IMG/VR virus record: IMGVR_UViG_3300027747_000004
Coordinates: 46,995-110,994 of that record
DNA length: 64,000 nucleotides
Source of the DNA: a virus
Strand: one strand, 5' to 3'
Below, piece after piece: positions 8,568 through 18,049 of the stretch (position 1 is the first letter of the stretch; each line of letters opens with the position of its first letter). Made by a program: the position numbers and the translations under genes. The notes under the pieces are model-generated. The model was not told the origin of the DNA. It ran no database searches and was given only the letters and a program-made list of their open reading frames with translations.

Positions 8568-11195
8568 ATGTCCCAACTCGTCGTCTACACAGGCCCCAGC
8601 AGCCAAACCGATAATCAACTGCGCACACAGACTTCACAGCGTTCGGCTGCATATGACCCTGTGGACAAGTTGCGCACATCCAATCCTCAAGCATTGATTG
8701 ACACCGACTTTGAGTATGGCACCCAGCCAACCAAATGGGAATCAATCGGTCTTCAAAACAATCGTCAAAGCTGCTACTACATTGCGCAGTCCCCACTGAC
8801 AATCACGGGCATCACGGGCGCAAACACCTTGAATGGCGGATTCACGTTAGCAGGCACTTTCAGCTTGACCGCAGGCGACATCATCTACATTCAAAACTCC
8901 CTGAACACGGATTGCAATGGTTGGATGTATGTCACCACCACCTCAACAACCAGCGTCAATGTTCAAACAGCAGTAGGTACCACAATCCCTGCAACCAACT
9001 TCTACAACAGTGCAGGAACTTACGTCTACAAAGGCTACTTTTACTCGTCATGTGGGTTTAACCTGACAGGCACCAGCGCGGTAACTAATGTTGGTACAAC
9101 GATCACGGTAACCACGACAAGCGCGCATGGTTTGAATGCAAACAGCTTGATCTACGTGGTTGGCTTGGGCGGTGGTACACCAGCCCCAAATGGCGCGTAT
9201 ATTGTTGCTACTGTACCTACAGCAAATACGTTCACCTACATAGTCGCATCAGCGCCTACAGTTGCCATCACCAACACAGCAGGCGCAACCAACATATACG
9301 CACGACCTGCTGGTTATGTTGAAACTCGATCTTTTGACGGTGGCGTTGCATTCTCTGCTGGCTCTGCTGTTCCAAACCAACAGTTGATCCGCCAAACTCG
9401 TCGCTACTTCCGTTACCAATCGGGAAAGGGCATCCAGTTTTCTACAGGTTCCTCGTTGAAGCCTTACTTGTTCAACCCATCGTTGAGTGCAAGCGGAACA
9501 TCTATCGGCGCAACCATTACGGTCACCACGCAGTTTCCTCATAACCTAACTGCAAACACAGTTGTGACGGTTGCAGGCGTGGATCAAACGGGTTACAACG
9601 GCACATACACAATTCTTTCTACGGGCTTGACTGCAACTGCATTTACTTACACTGCAACAACCGCCCCTTCCTCTACAACAGCAACTGGATTGAACATCAA
9701 GGTCAGCCCGTTTAGTTGGTATGGATCAGGCAATCGCATTGGCTTCTTTGATCAACAAAACGGAATGTTTTTTGAGTTTGACGGCCAAGTACTGTATGCA
9801 GTGTTACGTAGTTCTACAACCCAAATTAATGGCAGGTCAACTGTAACTACGGGTTCTGGAACCATTACAGGAACAGGAACGCAGTTTAGCACGCAACTGA
9901 AACCCGGCGACTATATTGTTATACGCGGTCAGTCGTACAAGGTGATCACAATCACCAGCGACACCTCCATGCAAGTCTCCCCAGAGTACCGAGGTGGCAC
10001 GATCAGCCAGGGCGGTGTAATTATTTCTAAGACAATTGATACACGTACGCCACAGTCGCAGTGGTTTGACGTATGTGATGGCACAAGCAGTATCAATAAC
10101 CCTTCGGGCTATCTGCTTGATTTGACGCGCATGCAAATGTGGTATATCGATTACTCATGGTATGGCGCTGGCTATGTTCGTTTTGGATTTCGCGGTAAAG
10201 ACGGTGCGGTGACCTATGTGCATCAGATCCAAAACAACAACATCAAGTACGAAGCCTACATGCGTTCTGGCAACATGGCAGCGCACTACGAGTCCAACAA
10301 CCAGTCGCTGGTGACCTACATTACTGCGTCTGCAGGAACAAGCGATACCACATTGAACGTGGCAAGTACCACAGCATTTGCGCCTACTGGTACTTTAAAA
10401 GTGCAAGCAAGCGGTACGTCTGGTGTAATTGAGTACATGACCTACACAGGCAAGACGGACACCACGTTTACCGGGTTGACTCGTGCAACCACTGGTGGCG
10501 CTGCTACCGCGCAGTCATTTACTTACTCTGCTACCGCCCCGGTTGCAGTTGAATACGCATCACCTGACACTGCTGCGGCTCTGTCTCACTGGGGTTCTTC
10601 GGTCATCATGGATGGGCAGTTCAATGATGACAAGTCGCTGATCTTTAACTACGGAACCACGGCGCAGCTTGCTGTTCCTGCGGGGGCAACCGTCCCTATT
10701 ATTGCGATTCGTATTGCACCATCTGTGGACAACGGACAGGTTGGCCTGCTTGGTGTTAAAGAAATTGTCAACCGTATGCAACTGCAATTGGTTGAGTTGG
10801 GTATTGTTTCTGCTGGTACGTTTCTAATTAACTTGGTTTTGAATGGATACTGCACTAGCTTTAGCGGGTCATGGAGTTCACCTACAGTCTCCAATGGGTA
10901 CACCTCTTCATTAGCGCAAGTAGCGGTTAACACAACTACTACAGCGTCAATTAGCGGCGGTGAATCAGTTGCTGCAGCGTTCACCAATTCAAGCGGGCAA
11001 ACTACACTAGATTTAAGTGGAGTTCGGGATTTGGGTAACTCTATCCTTGGGGGCGGTACTACCTCTTCGGTTCCAACCGGACAATCGGGGCAGTACCCAG
11101 ATGGGCCTGATATTTTGTATGTAGCTGCTACTAATACGGCAGGATCAGCTACAAATATTTTGGCTCGTTTGAGCTGGAAAGAAGCGCAGGCCTAA
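8568..11195 (+). CDS. Large beta-rich virion structural/tail-associated protein (875 aa)
   Basis: Thr-rich with repeated TVTT..AHGL/PHNL modules; lies in the structural operon; its 5' part is repeated at 63048. Confidence 0.65.
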   Translation: MSQLVVYTGPSSQTDNQLRTQTSQRSAAYDPVDKLRTSNPQALIDTDFEYGTQPTKWESIGLQNNRQSCYYIAQSPLTITGITGANTLNGGFTLAGTFSLTAGDIIYIQNSLNTDCNGWMYVTTTSTTSVNVQTAVGTTIPATNFYNSAGTYVYKGYFYSSCGFNLTGTSAVTNVGTTITVTTTSAHGLNANSLIYVVGLGGGTPAPNGAYIVATVPTANTFTYIVASAPTVAITNTAGATNIYARPAGYVETRSFDGGVAFSAGSAVPNQQLIRQTRRYFRYQSGKGIQFSTGSSLKPYLFNPSLSASGTSIGATITVTTQFPHNLTANTVVTVAGVDQTGYNGTYTILSTGLTATAFTYTATTAPSSTTATGLNIKVSPFSWYGSGNRIGFFDQQNGMFFEFDGQVLYAVLRSSTTQINGRSTVTTGSGTITGTGTQFSTQLKPGDYIVIRGQSYKVITITSDTSMQVSPEYRGGTISQGGVIISKTIDTRTPQSQWFDVCDGTSSINNPSGYLLDLTRMQMWYIDYSWYGAGYVRFGFRGKDGAVTYVHQIQNNNIKYEAYMRSGNMAAHYESNNQSLVTYITASAGTSDTTLNVASTTAFAPTGTLKVQASGTSGVIEYMTYTGKTDTTFTGLTRATTGGAATAQSFTYSATAPVAVEYASPDTAAALSHWGSSVIMDGQFNDDKSLIFNYGTTAQLAVPAGATVPIIAIRIAPSVDNGQVGLLGVKEIVNRMQLQLVELGIVSAGTFLINLVLNGYCTSFSGSWSSPTVSNGYTSSLAQVAVNTTTTASISGGESVAAAFTNSSGQTTLDLSGVRDLGNSILGGGTTSSVPTGQSGQYPDGPDILYVAATNTAGSATNILARLSWKEAQA
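8902..9520 (+). repeat. Exact direct repeat of 63382..64000 (offset 54,480 bp)
   Basis: Line-by-line comparison shows no mismatch after position 8901/63381 up to the window end. Confidence 0.93.
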
Positions 11196-11196
11196 T

Positions 11197-11742
11197 ATGC
11201 CACTAGTCAAAAGCAAATCAAAAGAAGCGTTCAGCAAAAACATTTCTGCAGAAATGAAAGCTGGCAAGCCGCAAAAGCAAGCGGTAGCCATTGCCTACTC
11301 TGTTAAGAATGCTGTTGGCAAAAAGTCTGGTGGCTTGTGGGATAACATTCACGCTAAGCAAGAGCGCATTAAAAATGGATCTGGCGAGCGTATGCGCAAG
11401 CCCGGCTCAAAAGGCGCGCCAACCGCTGCCGACTTTAAAGCATCAGCTAAGCCTGCCAAAATGAAAAACGGCGGCGACCCTGTGCTGTCTGTTAGCCGCG
11501 GTGAAAAGTTGCCTACAAGCCAAGGCGCAGGTTTGACGCAAAAAGGACGTGACAAGTTTAACCGCGCAACTGGTAGCAACCTTAAGGCTCCGCAGGCAAA
11601 AGGCTCCAGACATGACTCATTTTGCGCAAGAATGAGTGGCATGCCTGGGCCTATGAAAGATGATAAAGGCCGCCCAACACGCAAAGCCGCGTCGCTAAAA
11701 CGCTGGCATTGCGCTACAGGCGGCACAGTTAAAAACTACTAG
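11197..11742 (+). CDS. Basic hypothetical virion-associated protein
   Basis: K/R-rich; KQAVAIAYS and RHDSFCARMSG motifs recurrent in phage head modules. Confidence 0.65.
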   Translation: MPLVKSKSKEAFSKNISAEMKAGKPQKQAVAIAYSVKNAVGKKSGGLWDNIHAKQERIKNGSGERMRKPGSKGAPTAADFKASAKPAKMKNGGDPVLSVSRGEKLPTSQGAGLTQKGRDKFNRATGSNLKAPQAKGSRHDSFCARMSGMPGPMKDDKGRPTRKAASLKRWHCATGGTVKNY

Positions 11743-11752
11743 GTAATCCCAC

Positions 11753-12811
11753 ATGTCAACAAGCGGTACTGTTGGGCAAACTGTAATCACTGTACAAAAT
11801 CTTATTGACAGTGGTGCTCGTCGTGCAGGAAAGCTTGCTGAAGAGCTTACGTCTGAGCAAATACAGGCGTCCAAGCAAAGCTTGTACTACCTACTGTCAA
11901 ATCTTGTTAATCGCGGCATTCAATATTGGTGCATCCAAAAAGTAGTGCTGGGCTTAGTGCCTGACAAATACATTTATGATATGCCTGTTGGTGTCAATGA
12001 CATCTTAAACTCAAATTACCGCACACTTACTGCAAACACATCAGGCGGGTACAGCTCTTCAGGTAATTCAGCCAACGTATTTGATGGGCAATACACAAAT
12101 ATTTGCCAACTTAGCAGCAATACAGGCGTTATTGGCATCAACAATGGCTCTGGAAGCCCGGTCTACGTGGGCTCCGTGGGTATCCTACCAGCCGTGTCGG
12201 GTTCTGTGACTCTGAGTGTGCAATACTCGCTTGATAATAGCACTTGGGTAACACTTTACAGCCCTGGCGCCACTACTTGGGTTGCGGGCACATGGGTTTA
12301 CTACGACTTGGACCCGTCTGCGTCTGCGCCATATTGGAGAATTCAGCAAACTGCCGGCGTAAACATGGGTGTGTACCAAGTTGTGTTTGGGTCTAACGCA
12401 ACTGAAATCCCACTTGCACGCTTGAATCGTGATGACTACACGAACTTGCCCAACAAAAACTTTTTGAACAACTACCCGCTGCAATATTGGTTTGATCGTA
12501 CTATTCCGCAGCCGTCCATGTACTTATGGCCAACACCAAATACCTACGCACCTCAGATTGTGGCGTGGTGTTCATACTATGTGCAGGATGTAGGTAACCT
12601 CTCAGGTTCAATCCAAATACCCCAGCGATGGTATCTGGCCATCCAGAATATGCTTGCGCACCAGATGGCCATGGAGCTACCTGGCGTTGATGCAGCACGA
12701 ATTCAATATTGCGAAAATCAGGCTGAAAAGTACTGGATGCAAGCAGAGCAAGAAGAACGTGACAAGTCGCCAATTTATTTTGCGCCTAACATTAGTGTGT
12801 ACACACGATGA
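11753..12811 (+). CDS. Putative head-tail adaptor with an inserted discoidin-like domain
   Basis: Helical N-terminus (LL..L.NRG..YW), LPNK...P.QYWFDR..P.MYLWP.P, IPQRWY.A; central QYSLDNSTW...YWRI segment. Confidence 0.55.
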   Translation: MSTSGTVGQTVITVQNLIDSGARRAGKLAEELTSEQIQASKQSLYYLLSNLVNRGIQYWCIQKVVLGLVPDKYIYDMPVGVNDILNSNYRTLTANTSGGYSSSGNSANVFDGQYTNICQLSSNTGVIGINNGSGSPVYVGSVGILPAVSGSVTLSVQYSLDNSTWVTLYSPGATTWVAGTWVYYDLDPSASAPYWRIQQTAGVNMGVYQVVFGSNATEIPLARLNRDDYTNLPNKNFLNNYPLQYWFDRTIPQPSMYLWPTPNTYAPQIVAWCSYYVQDVGNLSGSIQIPQRWYLAIQNMLAHQMAMELPGVDAARIQYCENQAEKYWMQAEQEERDKSPIYFAPNISVYTR

Positions 12812-13179
12812 GCAAATGGCTTGATACTTTAGGTAATGCTGTATTGTCGATTGCTATTTGCGATCGATGCAAGATGAAGCGCGCCTACAGTGACATGTCG
12901 CAAGATAGAAACATTCCGGGTTTACGTGTATGCAATCAAGGCTGCAATGACGAGCGTGACCCATACCGCTTACCTGCACGACAGCCTGAAAAGATTGCTA
13001 TTCGCTTCCCACGTCCTGACGAAGATGTTGCAGAAGTTGATAACGCGCTGACCACTGACCCTAATGTTGTAACCAACTTAAATCAAACTATTACACACAC
13101 AACGGCAGGTGAGTATGGCATTGCACCTGAGACGTCGCAAAACCCGATTGATGGCAACCTTGACAATTTGAGCCCATAA
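12808..13179 (+). CDS. Small Cys-motif protein (CDRC...C..GC.D)
   Basis: Putative Zn-binding Cys pattern; ATGA overlap with the upstream gene. Confidence 0.65.
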   Translation: MSKWLDTLGNAVLSIAICDRCKMKRAYSDMSQDRNIPGLRVCNQGCNDERDPYRLPARQPEKIAIRFPRPDEDVAEVDNALTTDPNVVTNLNQTITHTTAGEYGIAPETSQNPIDGNLDNLSP

Positions 13180-13547
13180 TGCCATACAACAATAATTTAT
13201 TTGTTCCGCGTGCAAAGTATCAAACATTTACCCCAATGTTTTTGGGGCAAGCTGCCCTAACCACGTCTGCTGCTGTAATTTATCTTGCGCCTGTGCAGGC
13301 GTTGACAGCCATTCGTGACATTGTAGTTGTTAATACTTCAGGTTCAACGGCAACACTTAACTTGTATATTGTCTCGCCTGTTGCAACAGCAGGCACAAGC
13401 AATGCAATTTATTACGGGTATTCACTTACTGCAGGGCAAACGTTATGCTGGACAGGTGAGCAAATACTTGCAGGATTGTGGACTTTACAAGGCAGTGCAT
13501 CAGCAACAGGTCTTACTGTTACAGTCAGCGGTGGGATGTATATATAA
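13179..13547 (+). CDS. Small beta-rich structural protein
   Basis: Translationally coupled in the structural operon. Confidence 0.6.
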   Translation: MPYNNNLFVPRAKYQTFTPMFLGQAALTTSAAVIYLAPVQALTAIRDIVVVNTSGSTATLNLYIVSPVATAGTSNAIYYGYSLTAGQTLCWTGEQILAGLWTLQGSASATGLTVTVSGGMYI

Positions 13548-13581
13548 CTGTAACTTAGCAATATAAAATACCGGTACAAGT

Positions 13582-16500
13582 ATGGCAAACATTCGTATAT
13601 CGCAACTACCCGCAGCAACTACACTTGCTGGTACAGAGTCCGTGCCAATTGTGCAGAATGGGGTCACAGTTCAAACCACGGTGGGGGCAATTGCGAACGC
13701 ATATTCGCAGACACAAACCTATGTAACCGTTAATCAAGAATCAAGCCTAGCCAACAGCCAAGTGCTCACAGCGGGCGATGGGATAAATGTTACCGCCAGC
13801 GTCCCTCAAGGAAACATCAAAGTATCCTTGAAAAATTCTGGTGTGTCTGCTGGCAGCTTCACCAATGCCAATGTAACGGTTGATCAATATGGTCGCGTTA
13901 CTGCGGCATCAAATGGTGCTAGCAGTGGAACGGGAACGGTAACCTCTGTTGCGCTTACTGCTCCATCGTTCTTGTCGGTAACCGGAAGCCCAATTACCAG
14001 CAATGGAACATTGGGATTAAGCTATTCTGGAACTGCTTTGCCTGTGGCAAATGGTGGCACAGGAGTTACAACGTCTACAGGTTCTGGCAATACTGTTTTG
14101 TCTACCTCGCCAACATTGGTTACGCCAAATCTTGGTATTCCAGCATCAGTAACATTGACAAATGCTACGGGTTTGCCTTTGTCAACTGGTGTTACTGGAA
14201 CTTTGCCAATTGCAAATGGTGGAACAGGTACAACTACGCCTTCTTTGGTAGCTGGTACAAACGTCACCATTACCGGCTCTTGGCCAAATCAAACCATTAA
14301 CTCTACTGGAGGCGGTGGTAGCGGCACCGTAACTTCTGTTGCTGCAACTGTTCCTTCTTTCTTGTCGGTTACTGGTAGCCCCATTACGACAAGTGGAACT
14401 TTGGGTATTGGATATTCCAGTACTGCACTCCCTGTTGCAAATGGTGGTACAGGAGCAACGTCAGCATCTGCGGCACAAGCAAACTTGATGGGGTTTACAA
14501 CTACTGCAACCGCAGCAGGAACTACTACATTAACAAATACAAGTAGTTATTATCAAGTATTTACTGGCACAAGTAATCAAAATATAAAACTTCCTTTAAC
14601 ATCAACATTAACACTTGGCTGGTCATTTTTTATTTTTAACGCAACTACCAATGGAAATTTAACTGTTCGTAGTTCAACTAATATTGTAATTACAGTACTT
14701 ATCCCTAACATGGGTGTAATTGTTACTTGTAAAAGTACAACAATAACAACTGAGGCAGCATGGTATTATGTTTTTACTGGAACAAATGATTATGCCGGTA
14801 GCGGTGCTATGGTCTTGCAAAATGGGCCTTCTTTGATTAATGCAGATTTAGGTACGCCATCTGCAGCAGTTCTTACAAATGCTACAGGACTTCCCTTAAG
14901 TACGGGAGTAACAGGTACATTACCTGTTGCAAATGGCGGTACAGGTTCGACCTCCACACAATTTGTTAACCTAGCTTCCAATGTCACAGGCACTTTGCCA
15001 ATTGCAAATGGAGGCACAGGATCAACTTCAACAACTTTTGTAAATCTTGCTTCCAATGTCACTGGAACTTTACCTGTGGCAAATGGCGGAACAGGCATCG
15101 CCACGCTGACGGCTAATTACATCCCATATGGCAATGGTACCAGTGCCTTTGCATCTTCTTCTGGGTTCACTTACAACCCCACCACCACCACGCTGACAGC
15201 GCCTGTGCTGATCGTAAATTCAACCACCAGCACAACACCCAATTTGACGTTTAACGCCAGCAATTCGGGCTTTACTTCTGGCGCAGCGGTGTCTGGCAGT
15301 TACTTGCAGACCGTCATTCAAAACAGTAGTGGCACGGCAGGCGCGTCCACCAACTACGTCTTGAGCAATGACTTGGGCACCGACTCCACCTACTATGGTG
15401 AGTTTGGCATGAACTCGTCGGTGTACTCAGGTGCAAGCATCCCTGCTGACTTTTTCAGCATCAACAATGGCCTGTACTTTTCGGGCCACGATGGAGACAT
15501 CACCGTAGGCTCTGGCAACGGCTTCAAGACCTACCTTGCGTGGGGCGCAACTGGTGGCTCTGCCCACGTTATCAATGCCTCTGGTGCTATTGGTTTGAAC
15601 ACCAATTTGGCGGCTGGAGCAGGATCAGGCACAACCAACTTTGGCACTGCGGGTTATGTGATGACCAGCGCAGGCAATGCCGCCACCCCCACTTGGTCGC
15701 AAGTCAGTTTATCTGCTGGTGTCACTGGAACATTACCACTAGCAAATGGCGGTACAGGCAAAACAACAGCACCTGCTGCACAAGCCAACTTGTTGGGCTA
15801 CACGGCTACTTCTACCACCGCCCTCGCAACCACTGCCGCGACTGGCTCTGCTGGTACAGCCACCTTGACTTTTGCAGTGCAAGCTTCAGCGCCCTATGCT
15901 CTTGGCTCATATATTTCCGTTCAAGGTGTAACGCCTACGGGGTATAACGGCTATTACCAAGTAACTGGATGCACGACCACTACCGTTTCTTACACCAACG
16001 CAACCACTGGCGCTCAAACTGTTGCTGGAAGTATTTCTCCAACAACAACGCTTACCAATACAAGCAGTTTTTATCAATATTGCACCTCAACATTGCAGGG
16101 TTCATATGTATTGCCTGATACATCAACTTTACAAGCTGGTTGGGCATTTAGAATTTCTGCGGTAGGGGTTTCTACATACGTATATAGTTTAAGCGGAGCC
16201 TTAGTAGCAGGCATTACATCAAGTACATCATATTATTTTGTATGTATTGATACCACTGTAAATACTGCTGCTGCTTGGAGGAGTGAGATTACATCGACTG
16301 CTGGATTTACTGGCTCCGGAAGCATGGTGCTTTCTAGTGGCCCGACTATTACTGGTACTCTTAACTTTACTGGTTCTACAACCAATTCAGCAAATATTGG
16401 TACAGCAATAACAACTGGTTTAATTACAGTTGGCGGCACTGCCGGTTTAGGTTTAATTAACATTGGTCGAGCAACAACCTCCCAGCCAATTCAAATTGGT

Positions 16501-17166
16501 TCAGGTGTCACCGCCTCCTCAACAACTGCATCAGGCACGGCCAGTTCAATCACAACTACTGTATTGACCGTTGGCGGTACTGTAACTGGCACGTTCTCGA
16601 TTGGTATGGCATTGTCGGGCACAGGCGTGTTGCCGGGTACATACATCATCAGCTTGGGTACGGGTGCAGGCGGTGCAGGTACATACAACATAAACCAAAC
16701 CCAGACCGTAACATCGACCACCATTACAGGCACAACCCAGAAGTCCATTGATATTGGAACGGGCGGAGCATCGGGCTCCATCACGGCCATCACGCTTGGC
16801 TCTGCTACATCTGGCGCTACGTCAACGACTACGATCAATGGAGCATTGAACTACGCTGTTAATGCAGTGACCGTAACATCCAATGCTGGAACTGTCCCCG
16901 TTGGATACAAGGTAAATAACTTCACAAATAGTTCAGCCGCAACAATGGCTATTACTATGGCGGTTACAGGTGCTGTTGATGGGCAAATGACTATTGTTCG
17001 TATCTATGATTTTAGTGCAGCAACGCAAACAATCGGATGGACAAATACTGAGAATAGCACCATCAACGTTCCAACTACATCAAATGGCTCCACAACCCTC
17101 CCTCTAACAGTGGGATTCATGTACAACAGCCAGACATCTAGATGGCGTTGCATAGCATCTGCTTAA
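13582..17166 (+). CDS. Long tail fibre protein (1194 aa)
   Basis: N-terminal RISQLPAAT..G.E.VPIVQNG.T attachment motif; many LP(V/I/L)ANGGTG repeats; G/T/S-rich. Confidence 0.8.
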   Translation: MANIRISQLPAATTLAGTESVPIVQNGVTVQTTVGAIANAYSQTQTYVTVNQESSLANSQVLTAGDGINVTASVPQGNIKVSLKNSGVSAGSFTNANVTVDQYGRVTAASNGASSGTGTVTSVALTAPSFLSVTGSPITSNGTLGLSYSGTALPVANGGTGVTTSTGSGNTVLSTSPTLVTPNLGIPASVTLTNATGLPLSTGVTGTLPIANGGTGTTTPSLVAGTNVTITGSWPNQTINSTGGGGSGTVTSVAATVPSFLSVTGSPITTSGTLGIGYSSTALPVANGGTGATSASAAQANLMGFTTTATAAGTTTLTNTSSYYQVFTGTSNQNIKLPLTSTLTLGWSFFIFNATTNGNLTVRSSTNIVITVLIPNMGVIVTCKSTTITTEAAWYYVFTGTNDYAGSGAMVLQNGPSLINADLGTPSAAVLTNATGLPLSTGVTGTLPVANGGTGSTSTQFVNLASNVTGTLPIANGGTGSTSTTFVNLASNVTGTLPVANGGTGIATLTANYIPYGNGTSAFASSSGFTYNPTTTTLTAPVLIVNSTTSTTPNLTFNASNSGFTSGAAVSGSYLQTVIQNSSGTAGASTNYVLSNDLGTDSTYYGEFGMNSSVYSGASIPADFFSINNGLYFSGHDGDITVGSGNGFKTYLAWGATGGSAHVINASGAIGLNTNLAAGAGSGTTNFGTAGYVMTSAGNAATPTWSQVSLSAGVTGTLPLANGGTGKTTAPAAQANLLGYTATSTTALATTAATGSAGTATLTFAVQASAPYALGSYISVQGVTPTGYNGYYQVTGCTTTTVSYTNATTGAQTVAGSISPTTTLTNTSSFYQYCTSTLQGSYVLPDTSTLQAGWAFRISAVGVSTYVYSLSGALVAGITSSTSYYFVCIDTTVNTAAAWRSEITSTAGFTGSGSMVLSSGPTITGTLNFTGSTTNSANIGTAITTGLITVGGTAGLGLINIGRATTSQPIQIGSGVTASSTTASGTASSITTTVLTVGGTVTGTFSIGMALSGTGVLPGTYIISLGTGAGGAGTYNINQTQTVTSTTITGTTQKSIDIGTGGASGSITAITLGSATSGATSTTTINGALNYAVNAVTVTSNAGTVPVGYKVNNFTNSSAATMAITMAVTGAVDGQMTIVRIYDFSAATQTIGWTNTENSTINVPTTSNGSTTLPLTVGFMYNSQTSRWRCIASA

Positions 17167-17167
17167 T

Positions 17168-18040
17168 ATGGCACAAGTAATTCTTACAGGCTCAGGAACT
17201 TGGACGCTTCCAGCAAATTGGAACGATGCTGTCAATACCATTGAAATATATGGTGCTGGAGGCGATGGTGCGGCAGGAACTGCTTCTGCATCTGGTGGTG
17301 GTGGTGCTGGTGGATATTATTTTCTATGCTCCAATGTACCTTTTGCTACACTTATTTCTCAAGGCTATGTTACAAACTTAAATTACGATACTAAATCTTC
17401 TTCTGCTGGAAGTAATATTGCATACTTGGGTGTTGGTACTATTGATGGTTCAACTTATGGCAGCATACTTTTAGCTGCGGGTGGACAAAATGCTAGTGGA
17501 ATTACAGGTGGTGCTTTTGGAGTTCTTACTACAACCATAAATAATACAGATTATTTAACAAGTTCTTTTGCCCGTGGCGCAGGAGGAAATGGAAGAACAA
17601 ACACTACAGCAGCCGGTGGTGGCGGTGGTGGTGCTGGTGGGCCTAATGGAAATGGTGGAGCTGGAGGAGCAAATAGCGCAACCAATCCAACAATAGGTCG
17701 AGGCGGCGGTGGAGGAAATGGTGGAACGGCTGGCTCTGGAACAACATCAACTGCTGGTACTGCGGGTACAGGTGCTGGCGCTGGAGGTGCTGGTGGTGCA
17801 GCATCTACATCGGGAACCGCTGGAGGCGCAGGAGCATCAATTTATTCGGGTGGTGGAGGCGGTGGCGCTGGTGATGGAATAACTGCTACATCCGGTGGAG
17901 CTGGCGGACTTTATGGTGGCGGCGGTGGTGGAGGAGCATCATCTATACTTTCAACTGGTGGTCTTGGTGCTGCCGGTATCATTATCATCACTTACACTCC
18001 TTTGGTTCAGTCAAAAGGCAACTTCTTTTTAATGTTTTAG
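17168..18040 (+). CDS. Glycine-rich tail-associated protein
   Basis: SGTWT.P...EIYGAGG N-terminus, poly-Gly runs, G.G..GIIIITY C-terminus. Confidence 0.7.
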   Translation: MAQVILTGSGTWTLPANWNDAVNTIEIYGAGGDGAAGTASASGGGGAGGYYFLCSNVPFATLISQGYVTNLNYDTKSSSAGSNIAYLGVGTIDGSTYGSILLAAGGQNASGITGGAFGVLTTTINNTDYLTSSFARGAGGNGRTNTTAAGGGGGGAGGPNGNGGAGGANSATNPTIGRGGGGGNGGTAGSGTTSTAGTAGTGAGAGGAGGAASTSGTAGGAGASIYSGGGGGGAGDGITATSGGAGGLYGGGGGGGASSILSTGGLGAAGIIIITYTPLVQSKGNFFLMF

Positions 18041-18049
18041 GAGCCAATC

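Noticed and set aside
1-8900. Simple terminal redundancy or circular-assembly overlap
   Set aside because: That would give identical copies; these differ extensively in sequence, length and codon usage before 8902.
17237-17254. Third UGAAAUAU-loop hairpin (ACCAT-TGAAATAT-ATGGT)
   Set aside because: Weak AU-rich stem inside a CDS, closed by U-A and ~70 nt from the start codon; could easily be chance.
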